Assembly: GCF_009914755.1 (NCBI RefSeq)
Contig: NC_060932.1
DNA length: 64,000 nucleotides
Source of the DNA: the human T2T-CHM13v2.0 reference genome, Homo sapiens
Direction: 5' to 3' (one strand)
Shown here: positions 15,060 to 28,885 of the stretch, in pieces
Layout of the letters: the number at the start of each line of letters is the position of its first letter
Position numbering within the stretch: position 1 is the stretch's first letter
Made by a program: the position numbers and the translations under genes
The notes under the pieces: model-generated
What the model was told of the DNA's origin: nothing
The model's input: only the letters and a program-made list of their open reading frames with translations
Database searches by the model: none

Positions 15060-16540
15060 TTGGGGGGAAATCTGTGGAATGTAGGACTAAGCAAAGAGTC
15101 CTCACACCTGACACCCAAAACATGGTGCATAAAAGAAAAAATTGATAAACTAGGCTTCACAATTCAATTCTTTTTCTCTGTAAAATATGCTGCTAAGAGA
15201 ATAAAAAGAAAAGCTACAGCATGGGAGAAAAGTTTTACAAACTCGAAGGACTAATATCAAGATGATATAAACACTCTCAAAATTCAACAGTAAAAAAAGG
15301 TAATCAATCCATTAGAATATGAGCTAAAAATACAAAGGGACATTTTACTAAATAAGATATACAGCACAGGTGAAAAATAAGCACATAAAAATGCTAAACA
15401 TCATTAGTCATTAGAAAAATGCAAGTCAAAACAACAATGAGATATTACTACATACTTTTTTAAATGACTAAAACAAAAAAATAGTGACAGTACCAAATGC
15501 TGCTGAGGATGAAGAAAAACTGAATCGCTCAAACATCACTCGTGGGAATGAAAAATTATACGGCCACTCTGCAAAACAGTGTGACAGTTTCTTAAAAACG
15601 AAACATGCAACTGCCATGTAACCCAACAATTGCATTCACCCCAGAGAAAAGTTTGTATCTGTTCACACAAACACCTGTACACAAATGTTCATAGCAGCTT
15701 TATTTAAAATTGCTCAAAATTAGAAACAACTTAGATGTTTGTCGATGTATATATGATTAAACAGTATGTGACATACTGATACCACGGGATGCCATATAGG
15801 AATGAAAAGGAACAAACTACTGATACATGCAACAACCTAGATGAATCTTCAGAGAATTATGCCAGTTGAAAAAAAAAAAAAGCCAATCCCATAAGCTTAC
15901 ATATTCTTTGATTCCATTTATAAAACATTATTGGCCAGGCACAGTGGCTCATGCCTGTAATCCCAGCACTTTGGGAGGCCGAGGCGGGCAGATCACCTGA
16001 GGTCAGGAATTCAAGACCAGCCTGGCCAACATGGCGCAATACTATCTCTACTAAAAATACAAAAATTAGCTAGGCATGATAGTGTGCGCCTGTAATCCCA
16101 GCTACTCAGCAGGCTAAGGCAGGAGAATCGTTTGAACCCAGGAGGCGGATGTTGCAGTGAGCCAAAATTGCATCACTGCACTCCAGCCTGGGCAACAGAG
16201 CAAGAGTCCATCTCAAAAAATAAAATAAAATAAAACATTCTTGAAATGACAAAAAATCATAGAAATGGAGAACGGATTAGTAGGTGCCAGTTGTTAAAGT
16301 GGAAGTGGAGGCTGGAGGAAATGAGTGTGGCTAGAGAAGGGATGCCGGTGGTGATGGAAATATTCTGCACCTTGAATGTGTCAGTGTCAATATCCTGGAT
16401 TGCTATTTTACTATGGTTTTACAAGTTGTGCTACTAAGGGAAACTGAGTAAGGGGTACACAGGACCTCTCTATATCATTTCTTAAAACTGCATATGAATC
16501 TATAATTATCCTAAAATGAACACATTAATTGAAAATATTA
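15060..16540 (+). mobile_element. L1MC/L1MD-type ORF2 end and 3'UTR
   Basis: Continuous degenerate L1 ORF2 C-terminus and 3'UTR (GTCAATATCCTGG...ACTGCATATGAATCTA). Confidence 0.9.
15933..16230 (+). mobile_element. AluSx-like nested in L1
   Basis: Full Alu; TSD TAAAACATT(A/C)TT. Confidence 0.96.
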
Positions 16541-16694
16541 AAGATTATACATTACTTACAAAGCAATTGTTTATTTTTAGAAATACCATGATCAAGAATG
16601 GTTTATAATAAAAATATTTTTTAGTTCCCTCTCAATTAATCAGAAAGTTTAAGAGGTCAGAATACTCTCTCGGTCTCAGCTGTTATAACAAAAA

Positions 16695-16910
16695 GCAAGG
16701 GTGTTTGTGTCTGGGCAGACCTAGTCCTAAATCTCAGGTCAATTTTGGACCTGTTACTTAAGCTCTCTGAGAAGTGGGCATCTTGTTCCTAAAGTGGAGA
16801 TAATAATACCTATTTCATTGAGCTGATATGAGATCTGCATGAGATAAATTATGTAAAGCACAGAGAACATTGCCTAGCAAATTATATGGGCTCAACAAAT
16901 GTGAGTTCCT
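16695..16910 (+). mobile_element. MIR
   Basis: TAAAGTGGAGATAATAATACCTA...ATGTAAAGCAC...CTCAACAAATG. Confidence 0.8.
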
Positions 16911-17979
16911 ATCTCTTCCCCATTCTGAGTAATGGGAACTCACTTTATTTTGCACATAAATCCAAATACAAGAAGAAGAGGAATGTTAGGCTATGTCTGC
17001 AGTACAAATTACCTAGGGAAAAGAAAATTAAGATGACTTCTAAGGATGAAAAATAATCTTCCCAACAGAGTTCAAAAGGACTCAGAAATGGTCTCTATGG
17101 GGAAAGCTTTCATTAAACAGAAAAACATAAAAGAGGCGACAGTCCTGCCCTGAGAGGGTAATGGCCAATTTGACCTATTAGGTGTTTACTGCATCAAGTT
17201 TATTTGTTGCCCTGATTAGAAACCACTAAGGGGACATTGGAAATGGGGGAGGACTGTCTAGGCCACAGGCATTCCTTCTAGATTCTGTCTTTTGAGGACT
17301 GGTCCCCACACAATGTTTCTAGGGTTGATAAACTCACCTCTTTTGACCTTCAGCCTTCCCTAGGATGACAGGATATTGAAGGAAATATATATTTGTAGTT
17401 GGTGGTAGTGAGGAAAAATATAAGATAAACTTCAGGTGCAATAAAAGGGAGTTGAAGTAGGAACATCCGAAAATTAATTTCCTGGCTCCAAGTGTTATTG
17501 GATTGTAGCTCAACAATCCACTTGGGACATGTTAGAAGCATATCATGGAAAATAGGTGAGCTGAGTGGATGGAAACACCAAATGATGAGTAATAGAACAA
17601 TATCTGTATAGGCAAAGATCCTAGTAACCCCTGGATACCTTATTTGTCTGTGTCTATGGTGCAGAAGATTTTATGTTACCTGCTGTCCAGCTGCCTCAAA
17701 TGAATCAACTGTTTAGAAAGCTTATTTACATTTTAATAGGAGGCCCAGGCATCTGTTCCCAGCACCTAGTGCCTCCTGCAGCATGCTTGGGGCTGTCCTG
17801 GAAGCTGCTTGTTGATTCCTGCAGGGGCTTGATTGTCTCATCAGATTATTAGAATTAACTGGGCAAAATCAGATTTCAAACTGGATTAAGACATCAAGAA
17901 AATGCTGCTGACCGATTTCTCTTCTCCCAGATCAGAAAAAAATGCCTATAGATGCAAGATACTTCATAAATGTAAATAA

Positions 17980-18200
17980 TTAACCCTACATATTTGTACA
18001 TACATTACAATTTACAAAACACTTCTTTAAATGTTGTGTTTAGATCCATGTGAACTCCTTGTAAAGTAGGCAGAGTATATGTTATTGCACAAATAATCAT
18101 CTACAGATGAGGAAACCGAGGCTTGATTGCCTAATGTCACTAAAGAACAAAGTCAAAGCCAAGTATTCTGACCTCCAGAATACCACTGATATCTAACCCG
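17980..18200 (-). mobile_element. MIR
   Basis: TACAGATGAGGAAACCGAGGCT core. Confidence 0.75.
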
Positions 18201-18689
18201 TAGCCAAGAATACACAAGCATTTTGAAGCTGTGAATGTTTGTCATTACCCTTCACATTTTCTTTTTCTGTGGGAATGGAAGGTTAAGATGACATTGACTA
18301 TGATGGTACAGCTCTTTAGAAGGCACTTTGGAAAGTACAGGTTCAGTCATGGTCACAGGCCTGCAAGAACTTTAATCTGGTTTGGGAATAGACATACAAC
18401 CATTGAATCTTTCATAACTCTCAAAGGGGATATCTGAATATATGTTGAAATGACAGCAGAGATAAAACTACTAGTGAAATTCCAACTAATAACATGTTAT
18501 TATGAGCTAGAGAATAAGCAGAAGGTTTTGTCATGAAAGCGTCTCACAAAGATGTGCAGAATGACAGGACTTATGGACAAAGAAGGTAAGTGGGGTGGGA
18601 GATTCCAATGAAGATATAATTTGAGCAAACATATGGAGTGGGCTATATCTTTTAGCACCATAATAATGGGTATTAGAGGCTGAAATGAA

Positions 18690-18880
18690 ACCTGTAGAGT
18701 AGATTTAAGAGAGGTAGCTCTGAAACCAGATTGTTGGAGTTCAAATCTCCATCACTCACTGAGCAAGCTATGTGACAATTTCTCTATCTGTCTCTGGGGA
18801 TAAGAATAGTACCAACCAACCTCACAGAATTTTGTGATGATTAAATGAGATGGTACATTTACAAATCCTTCATTAAAATA
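18690..18880 (+). mobile_element. MIR
   Basis: GCTCTGAAACCAGA...GTTCAAATC...GTGATGATTAAATGAGAT. Confidence 0.75.
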
Positions 18881-19568
18881 GTACCTATACTTAGTTGCCA
18901 TTTTAAAACAAAACAAAACTGTGTTATTGGTTTTAAAAAAATGTCAAGAGCTAAGGAGGTGGTTAGATTTGGGAGTATAAATAGAGTGAACATATGATTT
19001 TTTATTCAAGTCTTTTAGCCTTTGAAGCGAAAGGATCTGCTATTAATGCTTATGCCAGGACAGTAAGTATAGAGCAATCAATGGCTTGCATAAACCAGGT
19101 GTGGTGGCCCTGCATACAGAAAACCTTACTCTAAATTTTCTGTTGTTGTTTATTCAGACTTCCCAGGTATGTCACAAACTTTCATGATCAAATAGCACTA
19201 CAGAGGTCAGGATCTTGTAAGCATTTTCCATAATATAATCCAAAGTGTTGAGCTTTGGATCAAGAATGTCCAAAAGATAAAGGATCTTAAAGATCACCTA
19301 ATATTCCTTCTACATTTTCAGTTTTGGAAGGAATCTCATTGAATTCAGGTGCTGACACAATGTCTGTGGTTTCATTAGGCAACACTTATATAAAGTCCAC
19401 CTAGAACTGGACAGGAGTAGCCTACACACTCATTGGAGACCATTTTACAGATTTCAAATTATTATGAAAAGTCCAGGGCTTTTTATACAGATGAGGAAAT
19501 GGTTCCAGACTGGCTATGGGCCATATTCAAGATCTCTTAATATCCAGTTTGGTTTGTTTTTAACACAA

Positions 19569-19866
19569 CAGTGTTTCCCAAAATATGTTTTATAGAACAT
19601 GAGTCCTGCAGGATGCTCTGGCAGGGAGGGAGAAAGGGCAAGGAAGACCATGGCTGAATAAGCTTTGGGTATGATGCATATTATGTTATATTTTTGGAAA
19701 TTCAGATTATACACTAAGTACTCTGAGAAGTCCTTGAAAAACAACTTAATCTTGTTCAAAGGAGCATTTCCCATATTTGTTTTACCATGAAACCTTTGTA
19801 CAATACAAATTAACGTTCCGCACAATTAGTGTTCTGATGTTACATGCTTTGTAAGGGACTACACTG
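19569..19866. mobile_element. hAT-Charlie MITE (MER103-like)
   Basis: CAGTGTTTCCCAAA terminus, internal CTCTGAGAAGTCC and GCATTTCCCA; a related remnant lies at ~30130-30302. Confidence 0.65.
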
Positions 19867-20894
19867 TATAATTTAGTACGACATGAAGAATTTCCAAACC
19901 AGTAAGAAGATGTAAATGGATCATTAGAACATTTTTGGCTTTCAAATAGATTTACATGTAGTCATAAAATCAACATCTCTCCAGTCAAATTCATTCTTAT
20001 GGTTGTTTTATGTACCATATTTAATCAAGCTTATTTTTGTATTTTTTGCCCAATTAATCATTTTTTCATTATTGAATAGTTTGCTTTAGCTTCTGTCAAA
20101 GTAGCAATATTAATAGGATAAAGTAATTCTGGCTCAATTAAATATTGTATAACCATGAAAAAAACGGGGAGAAAATACTTTAATATTTATTCAAACCTAT
20201 AGAGTGATGAGGACTTTTGAATTTTCAAAACAATGGGAGAATTTAGAAAAAGAAAAGGATTAACTGTGTAAAAATGTTGTATTTTCCCATGTCAAAAAAA
20301 GCCAATTTAGGAAATAGTAAAAAGGATTTATAGTTAAATGTGACAGCAAGTGATACCTATGTTAAATAAGGAAATGACTCACATAAATAGAAAAAAGGCA
20401 TACACACTAATAGCAACTACAAAAGTCTCTAAGAGAACAATGGAAAAAGAACCGACGACATGAACAGAGGAAGTAGAAATAGAATGAATAAAGGTGCCAC
20501 TTGACTTCCCTACATCCAGCTTCTCTACAGGCCACACTTTCCCCTGTATGCACTGATCCTGCTAAGTCACTTTTCATACACCCCTTTCCACTCTCCATTA
20601 CAGGCTGAGTAATGGTCCTGAGTGATCTGCAACCTAGGGCTACAGCACCCACAGGAGCCATCATTAGTTATTTTATAATAGTTTTTGTTCTCTGAAAGGG
20701 AACTTCTCCTTATGTCTACAAGTCTATCGTTCAACTTAGAACCATTCAATTTGCAACACATATTTAAGAGTATATTATATACCAAAAAAGGGACTTTTTG
20801 TAGACATAGTGACCTTGGAGTAAACTTCCTTGTAAGTGTAGCCTTCCAGGTTCCCAGGACTTCAGTGCATGAGCTCATTCAAGAAATAGACCAG

Positions 20895-21237
<343 letters not shown>

Positions 21238-21439
21238 TCACCTCTGCTCTCTGTTGGTAGTACTTGATTAGCTTGCCTTCACATTTCTGGTACTGTCTTA
21301 TGAAATTTTCACTGTTCATCTTCTGAGAAGACATAAGCCCCTGGTAACATGAGACAGTCTGTCATCCTCTATCTGAGGCACACATGTCAATCAATCTTCT
21401 CCTATGTTTCCCAGAGAGGGAATTTAATTACATTTCCTG

Positions 21440-21950
21440 GCTATCTCTGTTATCAATTGCTGCAAAATAAACCACTTCCACATTTTGTGTCTTAAAACAA
21501 CAATTTATTATTATCTCTCAAGACTCTGTGGGTTGACTAGGGCTTAGCCGTGTGGTTCTTGTTTGGGTATCTCATGCAACTGCAGCACATCGTGGCTGAG
21601 ATTGGTGTCATGTGTAGGCTACAGCGGGCTGAATGTGAAAGATGGCTCACTCATGTGTCTGATCCCTCAGTGCTCTTCCATGTCACCTCTCTTCTAGTGG
21701 CATAGTCAGGTCTTCTTATGTAGGGTCTAATTTACCCAAAAGGGAGTGTTCCAAGAGCCAGTGTTCTGAGAGATCCAGGCAGCAGCTGCACAGGTTCTTA
21801 TAATCTAGCCTCGAGAGGACCAAAACATCACATCTGCTGAATTTTATTAGTCAACAAGTCACCAAGTCCAACCCAAAATTAAGGGAAGGGAAATTAGACT
21901 CCATCTTTTGATACACATGAACAGGTAGAGGAAGAAATGCTTTTTGGAAT
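21440..21950 (-). mobile_element. MLT1 (H/I-like) LTR
   Basis: CTTAAAACAACAATTTATTATT...CTGTGGGTTGACT...AAGATGGCTCACTCA...TAGACTCCA. Confidence 0.8.
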
Positions 21951-23825
21951 TCATTTGTGTTGAAACACTGTTGATTTATTGAGTGCTGGCTATATCATTG
22001 CTTAAGATGCTTCATCATCCAGCATGCTGCTCATTAATACCACTCAGTCCCAGAGTAGTGTCACTGGTAAAACACAGACTGTGATAATAATTTGAAAATA
22101 ACTGAAGTCCATTATTTATATTTTTCAAGTTTCAATGATTTAGGAAACTTCTTAAAACTTATTCTCATATTTGCCCAAATACAATGTTTCACATATTCGC
22201 AAAGCTTCCCATTTCCTTCCTTGTCTACCATGCTTTTACCTTTCTGTCCTCCCTTTTCCCTCAGGTCTGTTCAATAAGGCATAAGCAGTGAGTCTTGCAG
22301 GTTTTACTGTGCTTTGTTGATGATAGCCACAAATGTAAGTGTTACCCAAAGTATGCAAGAAAGTGTAAATGATAATTCATGTTATGGTCATGTTATATCA
22401 ATTATTGAGACCTTCATAACATAAAGACAGAATAACACATCTTTCCACTAAATCTTCTCTTAAACTCTTTAGTCCATAACCACTACCTTCCTAGAATGTG
22501 AACCTGTACATTGTTGTTGACCACATGACTGCCTTCCACACACTGCCACAAGCAGGGAGGACAGGCAGGGACCCTGCAAGTGGAGTACTCTACGCAGCTC
22601 CTTTAATAAAAGGAATGCCTGCCACTCCTCTGGAGTGGCTTAAAATGGACGGGGTAGTGTACTATGTCAGCACATTGATCAGAGGCAAGAAAAGACTTCA
22701 ATCGGAAGGACCTATTGGCATTACCAAGAAAAGTTCTCAAAAGTTCTTGGAGGTAATACGCTTAGCTACCTGAATGCCTGACACATGGCATTGAGCCTCT
22801 GGAGAGGATAGGACGGCCACCTTAGGTGCACAGGGTAAAGGACAACTGCTGTCACCCTCATCACGCTCAGATGCTGTTCAGTGGTGGCATCATGGCAGGA
22901 ACACCGGGGAATGATTGCTAATGATAGGCCCACACACATAGCTCAAGTCCATGGTTGAATGTGGACTATTACTAGCCAGGAGCCTTGAATTAGTTCAATG
23001 AATGAGAGTTACCCAAAACCAGTATGCCAGCACCATTCTGATATCTAATCTCACAGACATCATGATATACATACCATGTCAGACAATGAAATTAATCTGT
23101 TTGTCAGGCTACTCTCCTTGAACGAGGGTTCTGAACAACCCCAAATAAGTAAGTTCCAGATCTTCATGAGGCATATGGTCAACCCATGTGCAGGGTAGAG
23201 GGCTAGAGAAAAAAACTGAAGGGGAGAAAGAGGAATTGGGGCCAGTGCTGACTGTAGCTGGTTACAGGCATAAGAGAACAACTTAGAATATTTCAAAGAA
23301 AGTACCCCAAAATGTAGATGTGTTTCTTTGAAAACCCATTAAAATTGTGCTTAATCACTCCCTCCCATGCTGTGCTGGGATTATGCTTATTATATTATGC
23401 TGCTAATATGGATAAAGTCATACTTTCTTGGTGTTTATCATAATAATCTCTTTTAACATGTTGAGAGGCAGTTTAATTCAGGAAAATGTCAACTTTAGCG
23501 TTACTTATGATTTTAAAAAAGGAGCCAGGATCAACATATCATGTCTAATGAGAAAACCACGTACTGTTTGCACAGTGGTAGATGGTTGAACAGGAAATAA
23601 GGAAAAGTTTGGAAGAACCTCCAAGAAATGGATTCATAATTTCCACTGGACAATTTGGGTCACCTTTATACCAGAACTGTTTTAGCTAAGTATGGGCCAT
23701 ATAAACTGACAGATGTTCTCTATCTAGAAGGCAAGAAGCCAAGATCTAAAGGAGGGAGAATACTGAAATTCCCCAATATCCAGCTCTTCCTCAGACACCC
23801 TCAATGCTCTCTAATTCCTCTAGAA

Positions 23826-24008
23826 CAGGGTATCTTGAAGTGTGGTCCCTGGAAATAACCAGAATCATCACTTAGACATTGCTAGAAACTCAAGTTCTCA
23901 GTCCTGCCTCCCACTTACTGAATCAGAAACTCTGTGGGTGGGGCACAGCCATCTGGGCACTAAGTCTTCCAGGTGATTACAATGAATGCTAAATTTTGAA
24001 AGGAGTGG
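23826..24008 (+). mobile_element. MER5A (hAT-Charlie)
   Basis: AAGTGTGGTCCC...TACTGAATCAGAAACTCTG..GGTGGGGC...CCAGGTGATT. Confidence 0.9.
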
Positions 24009-24012
24009 ATTC

Positions 24013-24090
24013 ATTTGCATTTCTAACAAGTTTCCCAGTGATGTTGCTGCTGATGCCATTTCTTCGGGGAGCATATTTTGAGAATCACTG
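24013..24090 (-). mobile_element. MER5A-like partial
   Basis: ATTTGCATTTCTAACAAGTT...TTTGAGAATCACTG. Confidence 0.8.
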
Positions 24091-24103
24091 CTCTAGAATC
24101 TAG

Positions 24104-24309
24104 AATGGGTTTCTCAACTTTGGTATTGGCATTTTGGATCAAATAATTCTTTATTGGAGAGGGCTGTCCTGTACACTGCAGGGTCCTTGATCTCTACCCA
24201 CTAGAAGCCGGTGTTATCTTCCCAATCATGACAATAAAAATGTTCTCAGACATTGCCAAATGTCCCCTGGCGGTGGGGGAGCAAAATCATTCACAGTTGA
24301 TAACTACAA
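24104..24309 (-). mobile_element. MER20 (hAT-Charlie)
   Basis: GGGCTGTCCTGT...CTCTACCCACTAGA...AGACATTGCCAAATGTCCCCTGG. Confidence 0.9.
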
Positions 24310-24444
24310 ATCTAGAACACTGATTTCCAAGTTCAGTCTCATGATCAGCTGAGAAACTTTTAAAAATTACTGATGCCTAGATTCCAAAACTAGAGACATT
24401 TTTTTCCTGATTCAATAAACATTTATTATGTACATAGTAGTGTT

Positions 24445-25793
24445 AACTTTTTATTTTTAAATAATGAATTGACAGGAGAGTTGCAAATAGTAGAGTGTTC
24501 CCATATATTCTTTATCAAGTATGCTCTAATGTTTACACCTTATGTAACAACAGCATATTTATCAAAACTGAGATAGTAACATTGGTACAATATCATTAAT
24601 TAATCATATAGACCTTATTGAAATTTATCCCATTTTTCCACTAATGTCCTTTTTTCTCCCAGGATCCAGTTCAGGATACCACATTGCAATTCCCCTAATT
24701 TGTTAGTCTCCTTCACTCTGTGACTTTTTTCTTGTCTTTCATGATCTTGACACGTTTGAAATGCAATTGTCAGATGGGTTTTGGAATATTCTTCAGATTG
24801 GGTTGGTCTGATGTTTTCTCTTGCATAGACTCAGGTTGTAGGTTTTGAGAAAGAATATCACAAAGATGATTGGCTTTTGTCATTGTAACCTACCGAAGGA
24901 CTCATGATATCAACATAGCCTATTAATGGTGATGTAAACCTTGATCACTTGATAAAGATGATGCACCTAGACTTCCCCACTGTAAAATTGCTATTTTTCC
25001 CTGTTCATACTCTATTTGTTAAAGTTAATTGCTATGTACAGCTCACGGGCAGAGGGTAAATTCAGTGCCACTTCCTAGAGAGACAGTAAATAATTCATGT
25101 TATATGTTAAAATCACCAAAATAACTAATAAACTTGGAGGAGATACTGTTTGTCCCTACAAATTTTCCCACTGATTTTAGCATTCATCAATAGATACTGT
25201 CTGTAACGTTTATTATTGTGGGATTCTAAGTGTGATTTTCAGTTTCCTTCTTCTTTCCACATTTATTAATTGGAACTCTTCATAAGGAAGAGTTTTCCCT
25301 TCTCTTGCATTTATTTAGTTATTCTACCATTTATTTATATCAGTATGAGTTCATGAATATTCACTTTATTCTTTGGATTAGAATCCAACGCTGTTGTTTA
25401 TTATGTTTGCTCAAATTGTTCCAGCTTTGGCCATTGAGAGCGCTCTCAAAATGATGCTTGTTTTCCTTTAGCATAATCTGATCTTTTTTCTTTTTCTTTC
25501 TCTTTCTTTCTTTTTTTAAAATAATACCCCCATACTTACTGGCACTAAAAGATTCTCTCCTTCTCCTATCTCTAGAATCAGCCATTTCTCCAAGGAGCCT
25601 TGGTTGCTTCTATTGGAAAATGGTATTTAGAAACCAAGACCTGGGTGCTGAATGTACTCATAGTTACTAAGGTGTCACTGATGTCTAGGCTGTTTCTATC
25701 AACAGAGCTAGGAAATTTATGTATGTGTACAAACCTGTATATATCTATATTTTTGTATCTGTCTACCTGGAGAAGGGGTGTGTGTGTGTGTGA

Positions 25794-25843
<50 letters not shown>

Positions 25844-28610
25844 TTATAGCATAAACACGAGTCCATATTGATATCTCCAACTCAAATTCACAGAGTTCAT
25901 TGTAGGCTCCCTCTCTCCTCTCCTGACTTTATTTATTTGTAACTTCTTTTTTTTTTTTTGACAATGAGGAACCTGGTTCCTATAAGCTATAATGTATTTA
26001 TTTATTTGTGTGTTTAACCCCATTATAGTAGTTTTGGAATTGCTAAACTGTATCCTTGTGAAAAATAAATTTACAATTAGGCTACAGTATTCGTTATGCT
26101 TTTAATTTTGTCTTTAGCTTTACAATATCGAAACAAAACACTGTTTTCCAAAGTTACTTAGGCCAGCTCTTTTCCCCCTTCCCACCTCTTTGTGAAATTG
26201 TGTCATACATTTGTAATAAAGTTAAATTCATTTATTTTGGTCTGTATTTGATCCTAGGATCCTTTGATCCAATGGAGGGCGTTTTATTAATTTCCATATA
26301 GTTAAGTTTACTCTCTGTCGTATACTGTGCAATGGGTTTTGACATATGCATAGAATTGTGTACAATATATAACAATTTTATTATCCTAAAATTTTGTTTT
26401 CATGACCCTTTTTAAGCCAAATCCCCTCACAACACAGGCCAACTTTTCATCTCTTTCTGTTTCTATAGTTTTACCTTTTACTAAATGCCATGTAAATAGA
26501 ACTATAAGATATATAGCATTTTGTTTCTGGTTTTTTTCACTTAACAGAATGCATTGAGATTTATCCATAATGTTGTGTGAATCAATAGTTCTTTCTGTTT
26601 TATTGCTGAGTAGTATTTTACGTAATGGATGTACCAGAATTTTCATCGATATTTTATCCATTCACCTGTTGAAGAACATCTTAATTGTTTCTAGCCCTTG
26701 ATTGTAATAAAGCAAGCTTCTGTGAATATTTGTGTACAGGTTATTACATAAACATATTTCAATTTTCAAGTCACTTGGTTAAATAATGAGGAATGAGATC
26801 ACTGACTCATACGATAAGTGTATGTTTAATTATATAAACTGTTTTCTAAAGTGGCTGTACCATTTTTCATTTCCCCCATTAGTGAATTAGAATTCCTGTT
26901 TCTCTGCTGTGTCTTCTTACCGGTGTTTGATATTGTCAGATATTTCCTCCCAGCCATTCTTATAGGTGTATATTAGTCATGGTATATCATTGTAGTTTTG
27001 ATTTGCAGTCTCTACTGACTAATTTGTTTATCTGACACTTCATACCTTCTTCAGAGAAGTATATGTTTATACATTTTGCCTCTTTTTTGTTGGGCTGACT
27101 GTCTTCTTAGTGTTGGGTTTTAAGAGTTCTCTACATAGTCTAAACACATTTCCTTTATCAGTTATGTGATTTGTACATATTTTCTCCATCTGTTGCTTGC
27201 ATTTTCATTCCCTTAACAGTGTCTTTCATAAAACAAATGTTTTTAATTTTTATGAAGTCCAATTTATCCTCTTTTTTTCCATTGATTACTTACACATTTG
27301 GTATTGCATCTAAAAACTTATCACCAAACCAGAAGTTACACCGATTTTCTCCTGTGTTTTCAACTTTTGTGTTATATTCAAGGCTAGTTCTGTTGATTGC
27401 CTTGCCTCTTGAAAATACGTTCATTTTTTTTCTTATTTCTTTATTGTCTTATAATTTTTGGTTGAAAATCAAACATCTTTTAGTGCAGCAACAAGTGAAG
27501 TAAATAATTTTATGCTTTGAAATAGGTCAACTCCTTTTTTTTTATTTTTTCTAGAAATTGGTAAAAGAATGTTGAATCAAGTAGCCAAAACCAGAGCTGG
27601 ATTTGGGTTTTGATGCTGCTGTGTTTACATTCAGTCCACCACAAGCTTAAAATTCCTCCAGCAATATTTTCTGTTTAGGGATTTTTTTTCAAGTGATGGT
27701 TTCATCTTTAGCTTTAGGTCAGTCCTTTTGTCTCTCCTGACTCTAAATGCATTAGGTCCTTCTCACGCTCTTGACCTCCCCTAAACCAGCCTGGTGCCTG
27801 TGTGCTGGAGGGGAGGGGTTGTAGGTGTAGTGTTCACTATGGTCCAGCTTCATTCGTATGGCAAACATTCTAATTCTGGATTTCAGAGGTGAGACCCTCT
27901 CTGTATCTTTATTTGCCAATTGGTGAAGGATAGGTAGGGATCCTACTCCTCTTCCAATGGAACGGCATCTTTAATGTTCTAGTCACAGGACACATCTAGA
28001 GATTTGTTTCTGTTCTCTTCTCCCAGCTGCACTGGGTCTTGACCCGTTTCCTGAGGGCAACAAACTTTGAACACATTCCCCCAGAACCTTAAGGATTTGT
28101 TCCACAGGGGAAACAAAGGACAATAATCCAGGTAGAGCTCTGTGCCTTTTGCTCAACAGCTGCTATTGCTTATTCCAAGTCTTTGCCACAAGGGTTGTTT
28201 TATCCATACTCACACCACATCCCTAGACTTTTTTGGAAGGAGCTGATGGAAATCTGTGAAGAAGAGCCTGTGAGTGGATATAAATGCCCTTTGTTTTAGT
28301 AGCTCCCATGGGCATTATAATCCTATGCTCGCCCACAGTCAGCAATTTGTTAACATTTTTAGGTAAAATTTTTAGCTAACGTCTTCTTACTTGTTTGCAT
28401 GGCATCTGGCAGCTGCCATAAGCACTTTCACCCATCTTTCTTTGCAGAAACCTTTTTATCTGAGATTTTGAAGTGGGTGGTTGTATTACGATATGATCTT
28501 TTTGGTAGATTCAAGAAAGTTGTGGTTTTACAAGTCATTTAGCTTTTTTAGTTGTCAAAGTAAGATCTATGCTCTTTCTAACTTTCTACATTCTAAGTGG
28601 AAACTGGTAT
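24445..28610 (-). mobile_element. L1MC/L1MD-type block (long 3'UTR, ORF2 end, then more 5' fragments)
   Basis: CCAGGATCCA..CAGGATACCACATTGCA 3'UTR; ORF2-end reverse complement at 26.5-27.35 kb; assignment beyond 27360 is weaker. Confidence 0.8.
25778..25842. repeat. (TG)n(AG)n compound microsatellite
   Basis: Seen directly. Confidence 0.95.
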
Positions 28611-28611
28611 T

Positions 28612-28885
28612 TTCCATTTTATTTTGAGAAAAAGAGAGAGTCATTAAAGACTTTTTAAGCTAGTCTGTGAAAAGTTCACATCTACATTTTTAGAAGAAAA
28701 AATAATATTCTGGTTGTACCATGCAGAGTAGATTGGGAGACTAAAGGTTTCCAGAGAAATTAGGAGGCTGTTACAATAACCTGGGGAAAAGATGAGCAAA
28801 TCCTAAACACAGCATGGCCTGGGACAGAAAGTTAAAGATAAATTTGAGAAATTTAGGATTCAACAGGACTTCCTGACAGATTATG
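28612..28885 (-). mobile_element. L2 fragment
   Basis: TTAGGAGGCTGTTACAATAACCTGG...TCAACAGGACTT. Confidence 0.7.

Noticed and set aside
17487-17526. Bulged hairpin CCAAG..TGGATTGT-AGCTCA-ACAATCCA-CTTGG
   Set aside because: A 13-bp interrupted stem is too short for a pre-miRNA and plausible by chance in 64 kb
22498-22773. 91-aa ORF in unique sequence
   Set aside because: GTG start, no recognisable family, no poly(A) or TSD of a retrocopy; length expected by chance
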